DNA from: Octopus bimaculoides | Lineage: Eukaryota | DNA length: 64,000 nucleotides | Reading direction: 5' to 3' | Assembly: GCF_001194135.2 (NCBI RefSeq) | Contig: NC_068981.1 | Coordinates: forward strand, 54,896,801 to 54,960,800 | Shown here: piece after piece, positions 12,438 to 25,249 of the stretch | Layout of the letters: each line of letters starts with the position of its first letter | Position numbering within the stretch: the first letter of the stretch is position 1 | Notes under the pieces: model-generated | What the model was told of the DNA's origin: nothing | What the model saw: only the letters and a program-made list of their open reading frames with translations | Databases searched by the model: none | Program-made: the position numbers and the translations under genes

Positions 12438-13117
12438 AAGCAACCGATTCTATTATTGCTGACGAAGCCGAACAATTACTGAGTGGTACATCAGCGTTCA
12501 GAGGAATAAACAAAATTTTTACAATGTCGTCGTACCTGAAGCTATACGTGGTTTTATAATTCAAACAAAGATCAATGAAAAGATTTCTGAAATATATTTA
12601 TCATGGCAAAATCTTGGACGCGTAAGGATTCAAAATGTAATACAAAACGTAATGTAAGGAAAAAAAAATTCTAAGAGAAAATTGATCATTTAGTGAATCT
12701 GTGAATCTCGAAATTATAACTTCGAATTTACTAAACAACATCAAATCAATTATAGAATCACATTATTTTATCGGTTGTATAAAGATATGAATAAAATACG
12801 AAATTTAAGTTAAATTTGTATCTACTAAAATACATACGTCAAAACTTCGGAAGTAAATGTTACATTTGAGCATAAGTCACTAATAAAATGATGCCGTTTG
12901 AATTAGATGTCGGTGCCACTCGAACACTGACTAATATAGGTACAAATAACATAATAGTCTCTCCCAATAATATCCCTGCAGTTAGGGAAAATATATATCT
13001 GTTAACTATTATAATTGGAGCAACATCTAAATCTAGAAGTTATTATAAACGATTTTGAAATAATTTCGGAAGGAACAAGTTGAAAAAAAAAATTAAATAA
13101 AAAATGTTTGAGGTTAT

Positions 13118-13235
13118 CTTCTTCTTTTCGCCCTTTTCAAGCCTAGCCAGGCTCATGGGCCCGGTTTCCCGGTTTCTATGGCGTACGTGTTCCCCCCCAG
13201 CTGGACGGGACGCCAGTTCATCGCATTGACGTTAT
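13118..13235 (-). mobile_element. SINE family E, 3' tail fragment
   Basis: Reverse complement TACGCCATAGAAACCGGGAAACCGGGCCCATGAGCCTGG resembles TACGCTACAAAATCTGGGAAACCGGTCCTATAAGCTTAG in the copy at 59473-59650. Confidence 0.6.
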
Positions 13236-13821
13236 CCAGGCTAAATCATTCCTGAATATGAGTGGTCTGAATAATAACAAATTGACAATCTGTGTACTAA
13301 ATGTAAAGTATTTTTACCTAGCGTAGGGTGTTGTGCAAAAATGCATCCCACGATTCGACTACAACCAAGTAAAAAAGAAAAAGAAAATCAATTTACTAGA
13401 AGGCACATGAGAACAAGCAGATTACTGCGACTGAGCTATACCAGACGTCCTGGTCTGGAAACCGAACGGTAAAGTTCGAATCTAGCGGTTTTAATTTCCC
13501 TCTAGACAATGAAGGCGATCACCACCCAGTACATAGATATTATGAATTATTCCACAAACTGAATGGAGGAAATTTTTTTTTTTACCGTAATTGATTTAAA
13601 AAACTACAACGCATATTCACAGAGTAAATTGACATAAGAATAACAAAACTTGTGATGAATACGGCTTTCCAAAATTATCAAGTGGATAGAGCATGCCAGC
13701 ATCTTGTTGACCAAATGTTATCTGTACTAAAACAGCGTGCAGAAAATATAGACGAGTCTACTGTCACCTGAACGACTGAAAATTTGAAAAACTAGGAATT
13801 AATATTCAAACCGTTATAAAG

Positions 13822-13900
13822 AGGCGAGCTGGAAAAATCGTTGACACGCCGCGAAAAGTGCCTAGTGGCATCTCGTCTGTCTTCACGTTCCTAGTTCAAA
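13822..13900 (+). mobile_element. SINE family A, 5' head only
   Basis: GGCGAGCTGGAAAAATCGTTG...TAGTTCAAAT, truncated into (TA)n and an N-gap. Confidence 0.7.
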
Positions 13901-14519
13901 TAATATATATATATATANNNNNNNNNNNNNNNNNNNNNNNNNNNNNNNNNNNNNNNNNNNNNNNNNNNNNNNNNNNNNNNNNNNNNNNNNNNNNNNNNNN
14001 NNNNNNNNNNNNNNNNNNNNNNNNNNNNNNNNNNNNNNNNNNNNNNNNNNNNNNNNNNNNNNNNNNNNNNNNNNNNNNNNNNNNNNNNNNNNNNNNNNNN
14101 TATCCCATACGTGTGAATATTTATTCATTAATGTATAAATGTATTTCAAAGATGTTTATTTGCGTTATTTATGTCTAATCCCCTTAAATACTTGGAAAGA
14201 ATATATTTTTTAAAATGTTAAAATTCAAAACTAACATCTCGGTGAAACTACAACAAAATGCTTTAACATAAAAAACAGCTAATAAAGCATGTAGTTTTAC
14301 TTTTTCGTTTCCTTTTTTTCATCCCTTTTCATTCTTTTTATGGAAATACCAAACTTCAGTCAGACATGACTTAAGAAGACAGATGAGGTGATATGCTTTT
14401 CTGAAATATCTAAAACAAATAAAAAGCATTGCTACTCTTATGTCTGTCTTCAACCTATCAACCTGACATAGACTTCTAGATATTTACCGGTTTTTCTGCC
14501 GTGTCTGGTGCAGTTGCTA

Positions 14520-14705
14520 TTGTTGCTGTTTAGCCCCAGGTAAAGCTTGATCAAGTAAACAATATCAAAAGTATTGCAGACTCTTTTTTTTATGCATCTC
14601 TGACTATGTTATTAAATGTCACTCTTCTTTTTAAGACAGTAAATCTCTGATATGATGAAGAATCAGCTACTGTTTCTAACAAGACGCATAAGGGTCTCCT
14701 ATGTT
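14520..14705 (-). mobile_element. Interspersed repeat family D, second copy
   Basis: Similarity to 2441-2636. Confidence 0.5.
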
Positions 14706-15049
14706 CAGCATCTTGTAACACGCAGGACTGGGAATTTTATTGGGAGAGTAAAGCGAGGATTTTGTGTTTGCGTTTCAGTGTTTGTTCATGTATTTCTTTG
14801 CATGTTTCGCTGTGTGTGTTTTTACACATGCACACATATGATCTTGTGTCTGTCCGAATATATGCACATAAGTGCAAGTATGTATATTGATATGGTGGCA
14901 CTGTATCTCACAACTATTTTTCATTTAGTATCAAATCCTCAAGATCAGTTATCAGTTATACCAGCACAAGTTCGGTCGTACTTTTAAAATTTTGCTTTTC
15001 GACCGCGTGGTTTCAGGTCCCGGTCCCACTGTAGGATATCTCAGTCAAG

Positions 15050-15081
<32 letters not shown>

Positions 15082-15350
15082 TATATATANNNNNNNNNNN
15101 NNNNNNNNNNNNNNNNNNNNNNNNNNNNNNNNNNNNNNNNNNNNNNNNNNNNNNNNNNNNNNNNNNNNNNNNNNNNNNNNNNNNNNNNNNNNNNNNNNNN
15201 NNNNNNNNNNNNNNNNNNNNNNNNNNNNNNNNNNNNNNNNNNNNNNNNNNNNNNNNNNNNNNNNNNNNNNNNNNNNNNNNNNNNNNNNNNNNNNNNNNNN
15301 NNNNNNNNNNNNNNNNNNNNNNNNNNNNNNNNNNNNNNNNNNNNNNNNNN

Positions 15351-15394
<44 letters not shown>

Positions 15395-15609
15395 AAATAC
15401 CTTGTCTGTGTGTGTGTGTGTATGTCTTCAATGAACACTCAAACCTCTGGATCAATTTGTACCATACTTGGGGTACATGAATAATTTCACCTTGGAAAGA
15501 ATAATATGGTCTTGATTTATTATTTTTTTGTATCGAAAATAAATAATATTGCTTTATGTATAAAGATTCACTTCAAATCGTTTTCTCAGCTTCCTGTCTT
15601 TGGCGTCCT

Positions 15610-16115
15610 AACCAGCTATTGACACACACGCGTATGTATACATCATTACAGTTGTGACGATTTCTGATAAAAAAAAGAACTTCTAAAGGTACTTTCATGT
15701 CAGAAAAAAATTCATACGGAGATAGACGCCTTTTTTTCAATTAATTAAATGAGGTATTGTATATTATACATTGATTTTACAATATATATTTCGGACATTT
15801 TTGGAACAAGTCGCCTTATTAAGACTTGATATTTCGCGTTTAAATCCCATGTGATTATTCTTGGCGCAAATCAACTTAACACTTTTACTTAACTGTTTTG
15901 TCAATGTCAACATAGTAACTAAAGAACCAGCTATTTACCCCCACACGTATATATACATCATTACAATTGTAACGATTTCAGGTAAAAAAGAATTTCTAAA
16001 GTTACTTTCATTTTTTTATATTCTCCCTCGGCTTTCTATTTGTGTAAGATATATATCTATATGAGTGTGTGTGTGTGTGAGAAGAAAAAAATTCATAACA
16101 GAGATTTCATTTAAT
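15610..16115 (+). repeat. Diverged direct repeat, period ~315 bp
   Basis: AACCAGCTATT...TACATCATTACA(G/A)TTGT(G/A)ACGATTTC...TTCTAAAG(G/T)TACTTTCAT...AGAAAAAAATTCATA at 15610-15745 and 15925-16115; the second copy has a ~65-bp insertion. Confidence 0.8.
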
Positions 16116-16165
16116 TGATCAATTGTCAACAGGGCATAACTACAGATTTCTGCTTCCCGCTTCGA

Positions 16166-17306
16166 CTTTGGAAGATCATAACTTTCAGAAAAATGGATAT
16201 TTTATAACTAAATTTTCTGATTATGTATCATATCATGTAGATTTCGAATAGATAATTTTTTGGTGGGGGGATGTTTTAGGAGGGGGTGGGGAGGATTTTC
16301 GGAAAATTCACTGGAGTCCACTTCAATTCGCTTAACTTTCAGGAAAATGGATATTTTAAAATGAAATTATCTACAAATATACCTCGGACTATATAGATTC
16401 CGAGCATACAGGAATTTGGGAGAAAAACAACTGGGGGTTATTTTTGAGAACTGTTCCCCACTCGGGGGTGTTTCGGAACAAGTCGTTCATATTTGTTACA
16501 TTTTCTCTGTTTTGTGCGTTCGTGCATCCGTAGATTTCTATTGAAGCAACAGGCAATGAAGGCAAAGGAAGCCCTCGCCAGAAAACTAATACTAAAAATA
16601 ACAGCTAAATGTCTGGTACACAGATATATATTATTAAGACGACTTATCTGTTGCATACGATTTTTTCACTTTAAGTAAATTCCCAGGTAAACGGTTCTAA
16701 TAGAAAGGCAGAAGACACAAGAAGCAAAAATAAGGAATATACATGCACGGTTAAATATAGAAGTGTAAAGTATAATTTGTTACATAATCTCTGTATTAAA
16801 CATGATATTGAATGGAATAATTTTTCCGTTTGAACATTTTTCATTATATATATATATGTGTGTGAGGACACTGAGAATAAGCATACCACCACTTTGTGCT
16901 TTTTTTTTCCAACGGATTCCGAATATGCATAATAAAAATCTACTTTTAGACTTTTTAATACATCCCTCTCCTTAACTTTTCAATTTTTTCCCGAAATTTT
17001 ACGACTAGGGTTAAGGGTTACATACGGATGCACAAACGCACAAAACGGAGAAACTGAAACAAATATGGACGTCTACATAGTCCGAGCTATATTTGTAGGC
17101 AATTTCATTTAAAAATATCCATTTTCCTGAAAGTTAAGACGAACTGAAGTGAACTCCAGTAAATTTTCCGAAAATCCTCCCCACCCACTCCTAAATTACT
17201 TTCTTCCAAACATTTTGTATATTTGAAATCTACATGATATATCACATATTCGTAGAAAATTTCATTAGAAAACATCCATTTTTCTGAAAGTTATGATCCT
17301 CCAAAG
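16166..17306. repeat. Long inverted repeat / foldback element (arms 16166-16532 and 17023-17306)
   Basis: CTTTGGAAGATCATAACTTTCAGAAAAATGGAT... pairs with ...ATCCATTTTTCTGAAAGTTATGATCCTCCAAAG over ~235 bp, plus a 44-bp inner block (16489-16532 with 17023-17066); the left arm has ~90 extra bp. Confidence 0.9.
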
Positions 17307-17335
17307 GAAGGGGGGACACAGAAAGCTCGTGCTCT

Positions 17336-18016
17336 GATGGTACCAACTGTCAATGATCTCATAATGCATGTGCTCCCAAACATTGCACAAAACTTTAGCA
17401 ACAGTCCATGGCTCTATGAGCGAGCCATCTTAGCTCTACGTAATGATGCTGTCAACAAAATTAACTGGGATCTCCTGCAGCTGTAGCCCGGGCAAGAACA
17501 GTCTTTCAAATCCCTCGATACTGTCAATGATCAGAACCATGCTGTAGTTTTTCCAACTGAGTTCCTGAACTCTCTACAGCCACCTGGGAGGCTACCTCAC
17601 CACTTAACACTTAAAAAGGGGGCCCCAATCATGCTGCTCAGGAATCTGGATCCACTTCGCTTGTGCAATAGCACCAGACTGGTGGTGAAAGCGAGGGGAA
17701 CCCAGGTCTTAGAGGCAACAATTATGACCGGGAACTATAAGGGTGAGAATATCTTCATTCCACGGATCCCGTCAATACCATATGACCTCCCTTTTGAATT
17801 TAAATGGTTCCAGTTCCCAGTGGAACTAAGTTTCACTATGTCACTAAACAAACCTCAAGGACAGTCACTCAAGGTTGTTGGACTTCACCTTGCTTCTCTC
17901 ATGGGCAATTATATGTAGGATGTTCGTGAGTTGGAAGTCCCCAAAATCTTTTCATTTATATACCAATTAAAAGACACATTCAAAACATCGTATATTTAGA
18001 AGATCTAGGTAATTAA
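17336..18016 (+). pseudogene. Helitron Rep-Hel PIF1-type helicase C-terminal remnant
   Basis: WLYERAILALRNDAVNKIN, FPTEFLNSLQPPG, LKKGAPIMLLRNLDPLRLCNSTRLVV, IPRIP, QFPVELSFTMSLNKPQGQSLKVVGL, then after a frameshift CFSHGQLYVGCS*VG; in-frame stops present. Confidence 0.95.
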
Positions 18017-18341
18017 ACTGTGATTGATTTCCGGACTTCTTTCAATACATTTGTTTATACTCACGTCATTTGATAGAATTTTTGTTAAATGTACTTATTA
18101 ACAGGAGGGATGCGCCCACAGACCGGTTCTTCTCAAATTTATGCATTTTCAGGTTCAACGTGTTTCAAATAATTACTGAAAATTGAAGTTGATTGCAAAG
18201 ACAAGAAACTACCTGTTTTTTTTTTTTAACAATTTTAACAGTAAGAGCATCACATAAAACATGTTATTGACATTAATAGTTTGTACCTCAGCTAATTATT
18301 GTTGAGAACTGCATAATCCATGTTTCATTTTACTCAGAGAT

Positions 18342-18516
18342 TTAAAAGGCATACTTAAATTTCCTTATTTTCAATAACCTGGGAAACGCCGGGTTATTAA
18401 CGTATAAAGTTGGTATCTCAGCTACTAGGATGTAGTCAATATTTCATGTTAGAGATCTAAAAGGCATTTTTAAATTTCATTATTTTCTTTAACCCGGGCA
18501 AACCGGGTATTTCTAG
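18342..18516 (+). mobile_element. Helitron 3' terminus, tandemly duplicated
   Basis: ACCCGG-GCAAA-CCGGGT hairpin then ATTT-CTAG|T at 18513-18516; an earlier copy AATAACCTGGGAAACGCCGGGTTATT lacks CTAG. Confidence 0.85.
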
Positions 18517-18699
18517 TAGTACACACACACACACACACACACACATATACTACTACTATGGGCTCTCATCTCTTTGATGGAGTCTCTCTCTTTCTCTTTC
18601 TCACGTGACATACGGCGTGTACTTAGCATGTTTAAATCTGACGGAGCCTATCCTTCCACTGGTTTGATTTCTTCAGGAAAATAGGCAGACAGAAGGAGA

Positions 18700-18775
18700 G
18701 GAATCGACCCTGGTATAGGAAAAGTACTTCATTTATCGATCCTGAAAGAATGAAAGGCAAAGTTGACGTCGGCGT
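18700..18775 (-). mobile_element. SINE family A core fragment
   Basis: TTTATCGATCCTGAAAGAATGAAAGGCAAAGTTGACGTCGGCG. Confidence 0.75.
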
Positions 18776-18944
18776 GAGTGTAGAAAACCATAACGATTAT
18801 CGCAAAGCGATCTATCCTCCGTTCTAAAGAGGCTACCAAATGCTTGCAGTTCAGTGACGGAGACAGTTTCTGTTTATCACATTCAAGTTACATGATATTG
18901 GCCAACTTAAGGCTACATTGAAGACATTATATGCGTTGACATCT

Positions 18945-19046
<102 letters not shown>

Positions 19047-19114
19047 ACGTCAACAACATATAATTCTCGCTGCTAACAGCAAAGTTTCTAAAACACATAA
19101 TGAAATTCGGAGGA

Positions 19115-19178
19115 TTGCTTTGATCCAATGGTAGAACGCTTGTCTACAGGAGATGTGGGTTCAAGTCCCAAAGGGCAG
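19115..19178 (+). pseudogene. tRNA-like relic (isolated SINE head or tRNA pseudogene)
   Basis: A-box-like TGATCCAATGGTAGAACG and B-box GGGTTCAAGTCCC with partly complementary ends; the anticodon arm is too short for a functional tRNA. Confidence 0.45.
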
Positions 19179-19541
19179 CCATCTTTTTCTATCCAAAAAG
19201 GCTTTTCAACTCAATATTTACATTTTTATTATTTATAGCTTTATGCGCTGCAAGATCCACTGTTATACATAATGTTTGTGTTTTCAGGTATCACCCACGC
19301 TATCAGAAGATGTTATATGTCACTAGTTACAATGCGCTTCGTGTTGTTTTAGCTTTCGAATGACGCCACCACATTAGCTAGGCGATCAGACCAGTTTTCA
19401 GATATTCCTACCAAAATATCCTTTCACCCAACCACGCAGTCCGTCATACACACCCTCATACCAATATTCTATTACTTTCCCATAAATACAAATCAACATA
19501 AGGCAAATTAGTTTGACAATTAGCAGTTGTAAGTATATATA

Positions 19542-20759
19542 CAGATACGCAAGAAGTAAATAGACACCTTTAATTTTCAAAATCTTTTATTTAATACGCA
19601 AAGCGAACAATCGAAATGTAATCGATAGGTAGGACTACATACTTTAGTATTTAGTTGAAATTCCCTTTGAATTGATGAGCTTTGTGATTGTCTCTTGTGG
19701 AATTTCTGCCCACTTTTCACGCAACAATTGAAACAATTCATCTTTAGATTTAGGTTTCTGTCGAGTTTTTCGTATAGCTCTATCTAGTATTTTCCAAAGA
19801 TTTTCAATTGAGTTCATGTCAGGAGATTGGCTCGGCCAAGGAAGCTTTTTGATCCCATTTTTAGTCAGCCATTGTTGATTCATTCTCGCTGTGTGACATG
19901 GGGCCCCATCTTCCATGAATAAAAACTAATTTTTCGTTACGTTATCGTGTGGATACATCAGAAGTAGTCCTTGCTTAAGTATTACGATGTATTTTTCAGA
20001 GTTTATGGTTTCAACACATTCGATCAGCTCAGAAGGACTATTGCTGGTGGCAGCTCCCCATACCATTACAGAGATACCGCAATGTTTCACAGGTTGTTGG
20101 AGTCGTTTCAAATCAAATTCTTGATTGGGAAGCCTCCAGACCCAAACACGTCCACTGTCTGAAAATAATGCAAATCTGAATTCATCAGAGAAAATCACTC
20201 TATCCCAATATGAACTGGATTTTTCTGACATCTCTTTAGCTCATTTCTTTCTTTTCATGATATTAATTGGTTGAAGGAGAGGTTTTCTTCTAGCTGCTCG
20301 TCCATAATACTCAAGCTTATGCAGATATGTAACACACGTTCTTGGACTAACTTCTAGCTGTTTTGCAATGTCAGAAGCCTTCGAATGGGGTTCGTTTTCC
20401 ACAATTCTCTTCAAACAGCGAAGCTTCCTTTCTGAGGGCTCAGGTCGGCCGGGACGAGAATCTATTGATTCTTTTCTTTGGCTTTTGAATTGCACTATAA
20501 TTCTATTAGCAGTAGCAAGAGGAATTTGAAGATTTTCGGCAATTTTTCGCTGGCTAAGCCCAGCCTCAGATTGCCCAACAATATGACCTCTTTGAAAATC
20601 TGAGAGTTCTGCTGAATTTTTGGTGCGTGGCATGGTTACTCTTCGCAGATGAAAAAGAATAATTACATTGTAAATTCTACACCGCTGAAAACATATTAAG
20701 ACGCTTAGATCAGAAATTTTGAAAATTAAAGGTGTCTATTTACTTCCTGCATGTCTATG
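19542..20759 (-). mobile_element. Tc1-family transposon, near full length, DD34E transposase pseudogene
   Basis: ~40-bp TIRs (GAAGTAAATAGACACCTTTAATTTTCAAAA core) flanked by TA. ORFs 20241-20633, 19926-20231 and 19644-19916 share one frame: paired-like HTH, FSDE, EDGAPCH, SPDMNSIE with 34 residues between D and E. Confidence 0.95.
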
Positions 20760-20951
20760 TACATATGCTTCCTCATTTCGTACTTCCTCATCGAGCGTTT
20801 TCACTGCATTCGTTAGAATATTCAGGTACGCTTCAATAGAATGAAGAGATGGAACCGATAGTCACTGAACGAAATTGAACTTATTACTCTAATTAAATTT
20901 CATTCTAAAGTATTGGATGTATTTATAAACCATATATATTTACACACCTCT

Positions 20952-21170
20952 CTACTCTTTCATTCCAGTTATTGGACTGCGGCCATGCTAAGGCAACATC
21001 TTGAAAAGTTTGGCCAATCAAATCAATCTCGACTCCAGTATTTACTTATTGACACTAGAAGGCTGAATGTCTAAGTTAGCCTCAACGGAATTTGAACTCA
21101 AAGTGCAGAGTTCCCGAACAAATACCGCAGCAATTTTATCCGATTTTCTGATAACTTTGCCGCTTAATCG
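20952..21170 (-). mobile_element. SINE with family A head/core and family B-type tail
   Basis: GGACTGCGGCCATGCT (B-type tail) joined to CGGAATTTGAACTCA (A-type B box). Confidence 0.6.
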
Positions 21171-22412
21171 AATTTCCATTCTTTCGGAAGCCATGAAATA
21201 ACGTACAAATCAAATACTGAAATTGGTGTAATTGCCTATACCCCTCCCCCAATATGTGGTCTTCTGGTATTTCTATCAAATAATCAGCAAAATCTAACAA
21301 CCGTACATCGTTGAACTAAAGGAAAACTTTTCATTACTTAGTTTTGTAACAGCTGAAGACAACTTTGTTTTCTTCCTTCTGCGGCCAGTACTGAGGATTG
21401 ATGAACTACACTAAACTCTCCACAAAAGTTATGACATGATTAATGCTAAAATTTAACATTTCGTTTTCATCTATTTTTACGAGGATCGGTTCCCTCTTTC
21501 ATCTTCTCAGATCGATAAAATATTGATTTCTAGATTAATCATAAGAACACGCATTTTAATGGTGGGAATAATCGATTATATCAATCTAGTACTTGTCTGG
21601 AACTTATTTAATCGGTTTCGGAATGATAAAATGCAGCGAGTGGTACTAGTCCTTGATCGATTCAGTCGACTCGTTCCTCACCTTTCTGAGCAAATTTTCG
21701 CTTGTATGTTTTTATGTCATACCAATAAGAAATTCTACAATGATTTCATAAATAACATCATGTCTATTTCATATCTTTTTACTTCGTAAAGGATCACTGA
21801 GATGCCGAAAATTCTGTTCGTTTGACAAATTTTTCTTTATCACCTCACTATTCACTTCCAACGTTTCAAGAGTATCATTTTTTCCATAACTTTCTGTTAC
21901 CCACTGGATGCAATTCCAGTGTTTAAACATGATCTGCAAAACAGTAATTTTGGGTGGTCCCCAAAACGTCTCCATAATGTCGGCTGGGTGTTCGACTGAA
22001 ACATTGCGCATCGTATTTAATATTCGTTGCAGATGTTTTTGAAACTTTAGAGAACATATTACGCTGTAGTGAACACACGGCAGAAACAAATATACATTAG
22101 CTTACAGCCGTATACATACATTTGTACACAACTATACGGATATATATATGCATGTTATTGACCTCTGGCATCCATACACTCCCATATAAACAAATCAAGT
22201 GCAGCTGTACGTATATATACATTCATCTGTTTACAGCTATCCGCATATAACTATAAACGATCTAACATCATCACTACATACGCACACAACGGCTCCCACA
22301 TATCTATATACACAACTTCATCTATGTGGTATATATTACATAAGGCGTGCATGAATCTGCAATATAATATCTACACATCATGTAAGAATAAACACGAGAG
22401 AAATTGCAATGG

Positions 22413-22444
22413 AAATTACTTCGCAGTCTACTGCGAAGTAATTT
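22413..22444. repeat. Perfect 15-bp inverted repeat with 2-nt loop
   Basis: AAATTACTTCGCAGT-CT-ACTGCGAAGTAATTT. Confidence 0.95.
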
Positions 22445-22729
22445 GCATGGCCATTCCTTCATATTCAGAATGAAAAAAAGAACAAACAAACAAACAAAAA
22501 AAATGTTGCTTAATAAGTGAATATCCTATAGCGAACAAAAACAAGAAAAATAATACTACTGCTGCGATATAAAGAACGTCTGTATACCGGAGATAAAGTC
22601 ATTACACCCGGGAAGTACGTTAATAAAGTAGTACCTATTTCAAATAAACAGAAGACATTGGATCTAAGAGATAAATGTAAGTCATTAGTAATCAAAGATA
22701 CGTTTGTATGTATTTCTGTTTGTCTGTAC

Positions 22730-22785
<56 letters not shown>

Positions 22786-23394
22786 NNNNNNNNNNNNNNN
22801 NNNNNNNNNNNNNNNNNNNNNNNNNNNNNNNNNNNNNNNNNNNNNNNNNNNNNNNNNNNNNNNNNNNNNNNNNNNNNNNNNNNNNNNNNNNNNNNNNNNN
22901 NNNNNNNNNNNNNNNNNNNNNNNNNNNNNNNNNNNNNNNNNNNNNNNNNNNNNNNNNNNNNNNNNNNNNNNNNNNNNNNNNNNNNNNNNNNNNNNNNNNN
23001 NNNNNNNNNNNNNNNNNNNNNNNNNNNNNNNNNNNNNNNNNNNNNNNNNNNNNNNNNNNNNNNNNNNNNNNNNNNNNNNNNNNNNNNNNNNNNNNNNNNN
23101 NNNNNNNNNNNNNNNNNNNNNNNNNNNNNNNNNNNNNNNNNNNNNNNNNNNNNNNNNNNNNNNNNNNNNNNNNNNNNNNNNNNNNNNNNNNNNNNNNNNN
23201 NNNNNNNNNNNNNNNNNNNNNNNNNNNNNNNNNNNNNNNNNNNNNNNNNNNNNNNNNNNNNNNNNNNNNNNNNNNNNNNNNNNNNNNNNNNNNNNNNNNN
23301 NGTTGTTATTATTTGTATATTCTCCCATATATATATATATATATACATACACATATATAAACGTTATGTAAATATATCTATATGTGTGTGCGTG

Positions 23395-23460
<66 letters not shown>

Positions 23461-24100
23461 CGTGAAAGTCTGTACGAGGATATATATGTATGATGATGAA
23501 ACGGAAGATTAATTTTGCTGAAGTTTAAGTTTTAAATCTTAAAATTAAGAGGGTGGTTGTCTGTCAACTAGCAGATCACAATGTCAGATATATTTGAATA
23601 GTCCCAATCAAAGTGAAACCAATGTCAAACTGTTCTTTCATTTCTTGTTTCAAGCCTATGATTATTGCCCATCTTTCTTAATAAACATATCTATTTTCAT
23701 TTGCCTACGAGCAAAGTGCTTTTGTTCAAGTTAGTTGTCTACTATTATTCATTGCACAATACTGCTCTATTTTATTGCATATACTGTTGTAAAGTAATAA
23801 TTAAAACATATGCATCGTAACACAACGTCCAATCAACGCTTTTGTTCCAGTATCCAACAAACTCACTAATTACTCCAACTAATAATCGTTATGAAACCTA
23901 TTCAAACTTAAACTCTCAAATACTAACAGTACCATATGATGAAACAATACATGTTAATTAGTGAAGAAGCGCATTCCATATCATATCATTTTTGTTCATT
24001 TAAGGACCAGAAACTGCATGGGGTTGGGGAATAGTCGATTATATCGGTCCAAACACTTTAGCCTTATTTTATTGATTTCCGAAGTATGAAATGATCGGTA

Positions 24101-24499
24101 CAGTTTGGCTCACAGCTCTTTCAATTATTATTTTTTTTTTACTAAACAGTTTGAAACTTCGTATACTGGTGGAATGTCTCTCGCAGAACACGGTTTACTT
24201 TGGACATTTTTGACAAAATTTGGTATTTTAGAAGTTATTTCGCGTTAAAGTAGTATTTGGGTAATTTCAAACAATCAACGACGTGTATTCAGTTGAAGGA
24301 AGCTATTGCTGTTTACGATAGTAATCGAAGTGGAACAACTTCCGGGATATCTCTACTAAATGTCACCACTCTGTTCTATTCGCATGTCGAGCGAAGACGA
24401 TGCCACATTTATCCTTTCTTCCTTTCTAGTCAGCACCTTGCATTCCTTACTCTTTCCATCCCTTCTACACTATCAACTAGCAACCAGCGAGCGAACTTG
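24101..24499. mobile_element. Tc1/mariner-type MITE (degenerate TIRs)
   Basis: TA|CAGTTTGGCTCAC ... GCGAGCGAACTTG|TA, imperfect inverted termini with TA flanks. Confidence 0.5.
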
Positions 24500-25249
24500 T
24501 AACTGTCACTAAAATTACCGTATTTTCCAGTGTATAAGTCGTTATTTGTTTTGTTTTACCTTCATGTTTTTATAACGTTATTTTTATCAAATAAAGACTT
24601 TTATATTGACGAAATGTGTTTGTTGTTGATTATAGTAAGATAAAATCATGACAATAACAATACATCTCAGAGTTGTAAAATAAGGCATTTTGAAACTACA
24701 TATACGTCAACAACAAAAAAGCTAGCTGCGGACTCGTAGTTCTATAGGTCTTTTAAACACCGGTGCGCTTTATGGGTGGATAAAACCCCGATGTGGAGCA
24801 AACAAATAAATATATGTAAATAATATTTCTTCTTTCTTGGTGTTGATTCTTCGATGTTTACTGGTTACTCAAAAATGTTCAAAGTAAACCGTGTTCTGCA
24901 CGTGACATTCCACCAGTATTCGAAGTTTCAAACTGTTTAGTTAAAAAATTTTTAATCTGTGAGCCAAACTGAAGAGATCCGTATGAAATGCAAGTAGACC
25001 TTGACGAGATTTGAACGCAGGACATAAAAACCCAGAACCAATATCTTGCTCTTACACTCCACCTATATTGACAAGGCCTTGTCCATTGCTACTCTTAGCT
25101 ATCTGCTCATTTACTATCCACTTTGACCCAATTGTCACACATGCTACAATACTCAATTTGAAACCCAACCATTACCTAACAATCTCTGTTTCTGAACTTA
25201 TCAAATCATCTGATTGTTTTCTAATCGATGACATAGATCTAACTTCCTC

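Noticed and set aside
24518-24545. TA|CCGTATTTTCCAGTGTATAAG pogo/Tc2-like terminus
   Set aside because: No matching second TIR was found, so it was not reported as an element.
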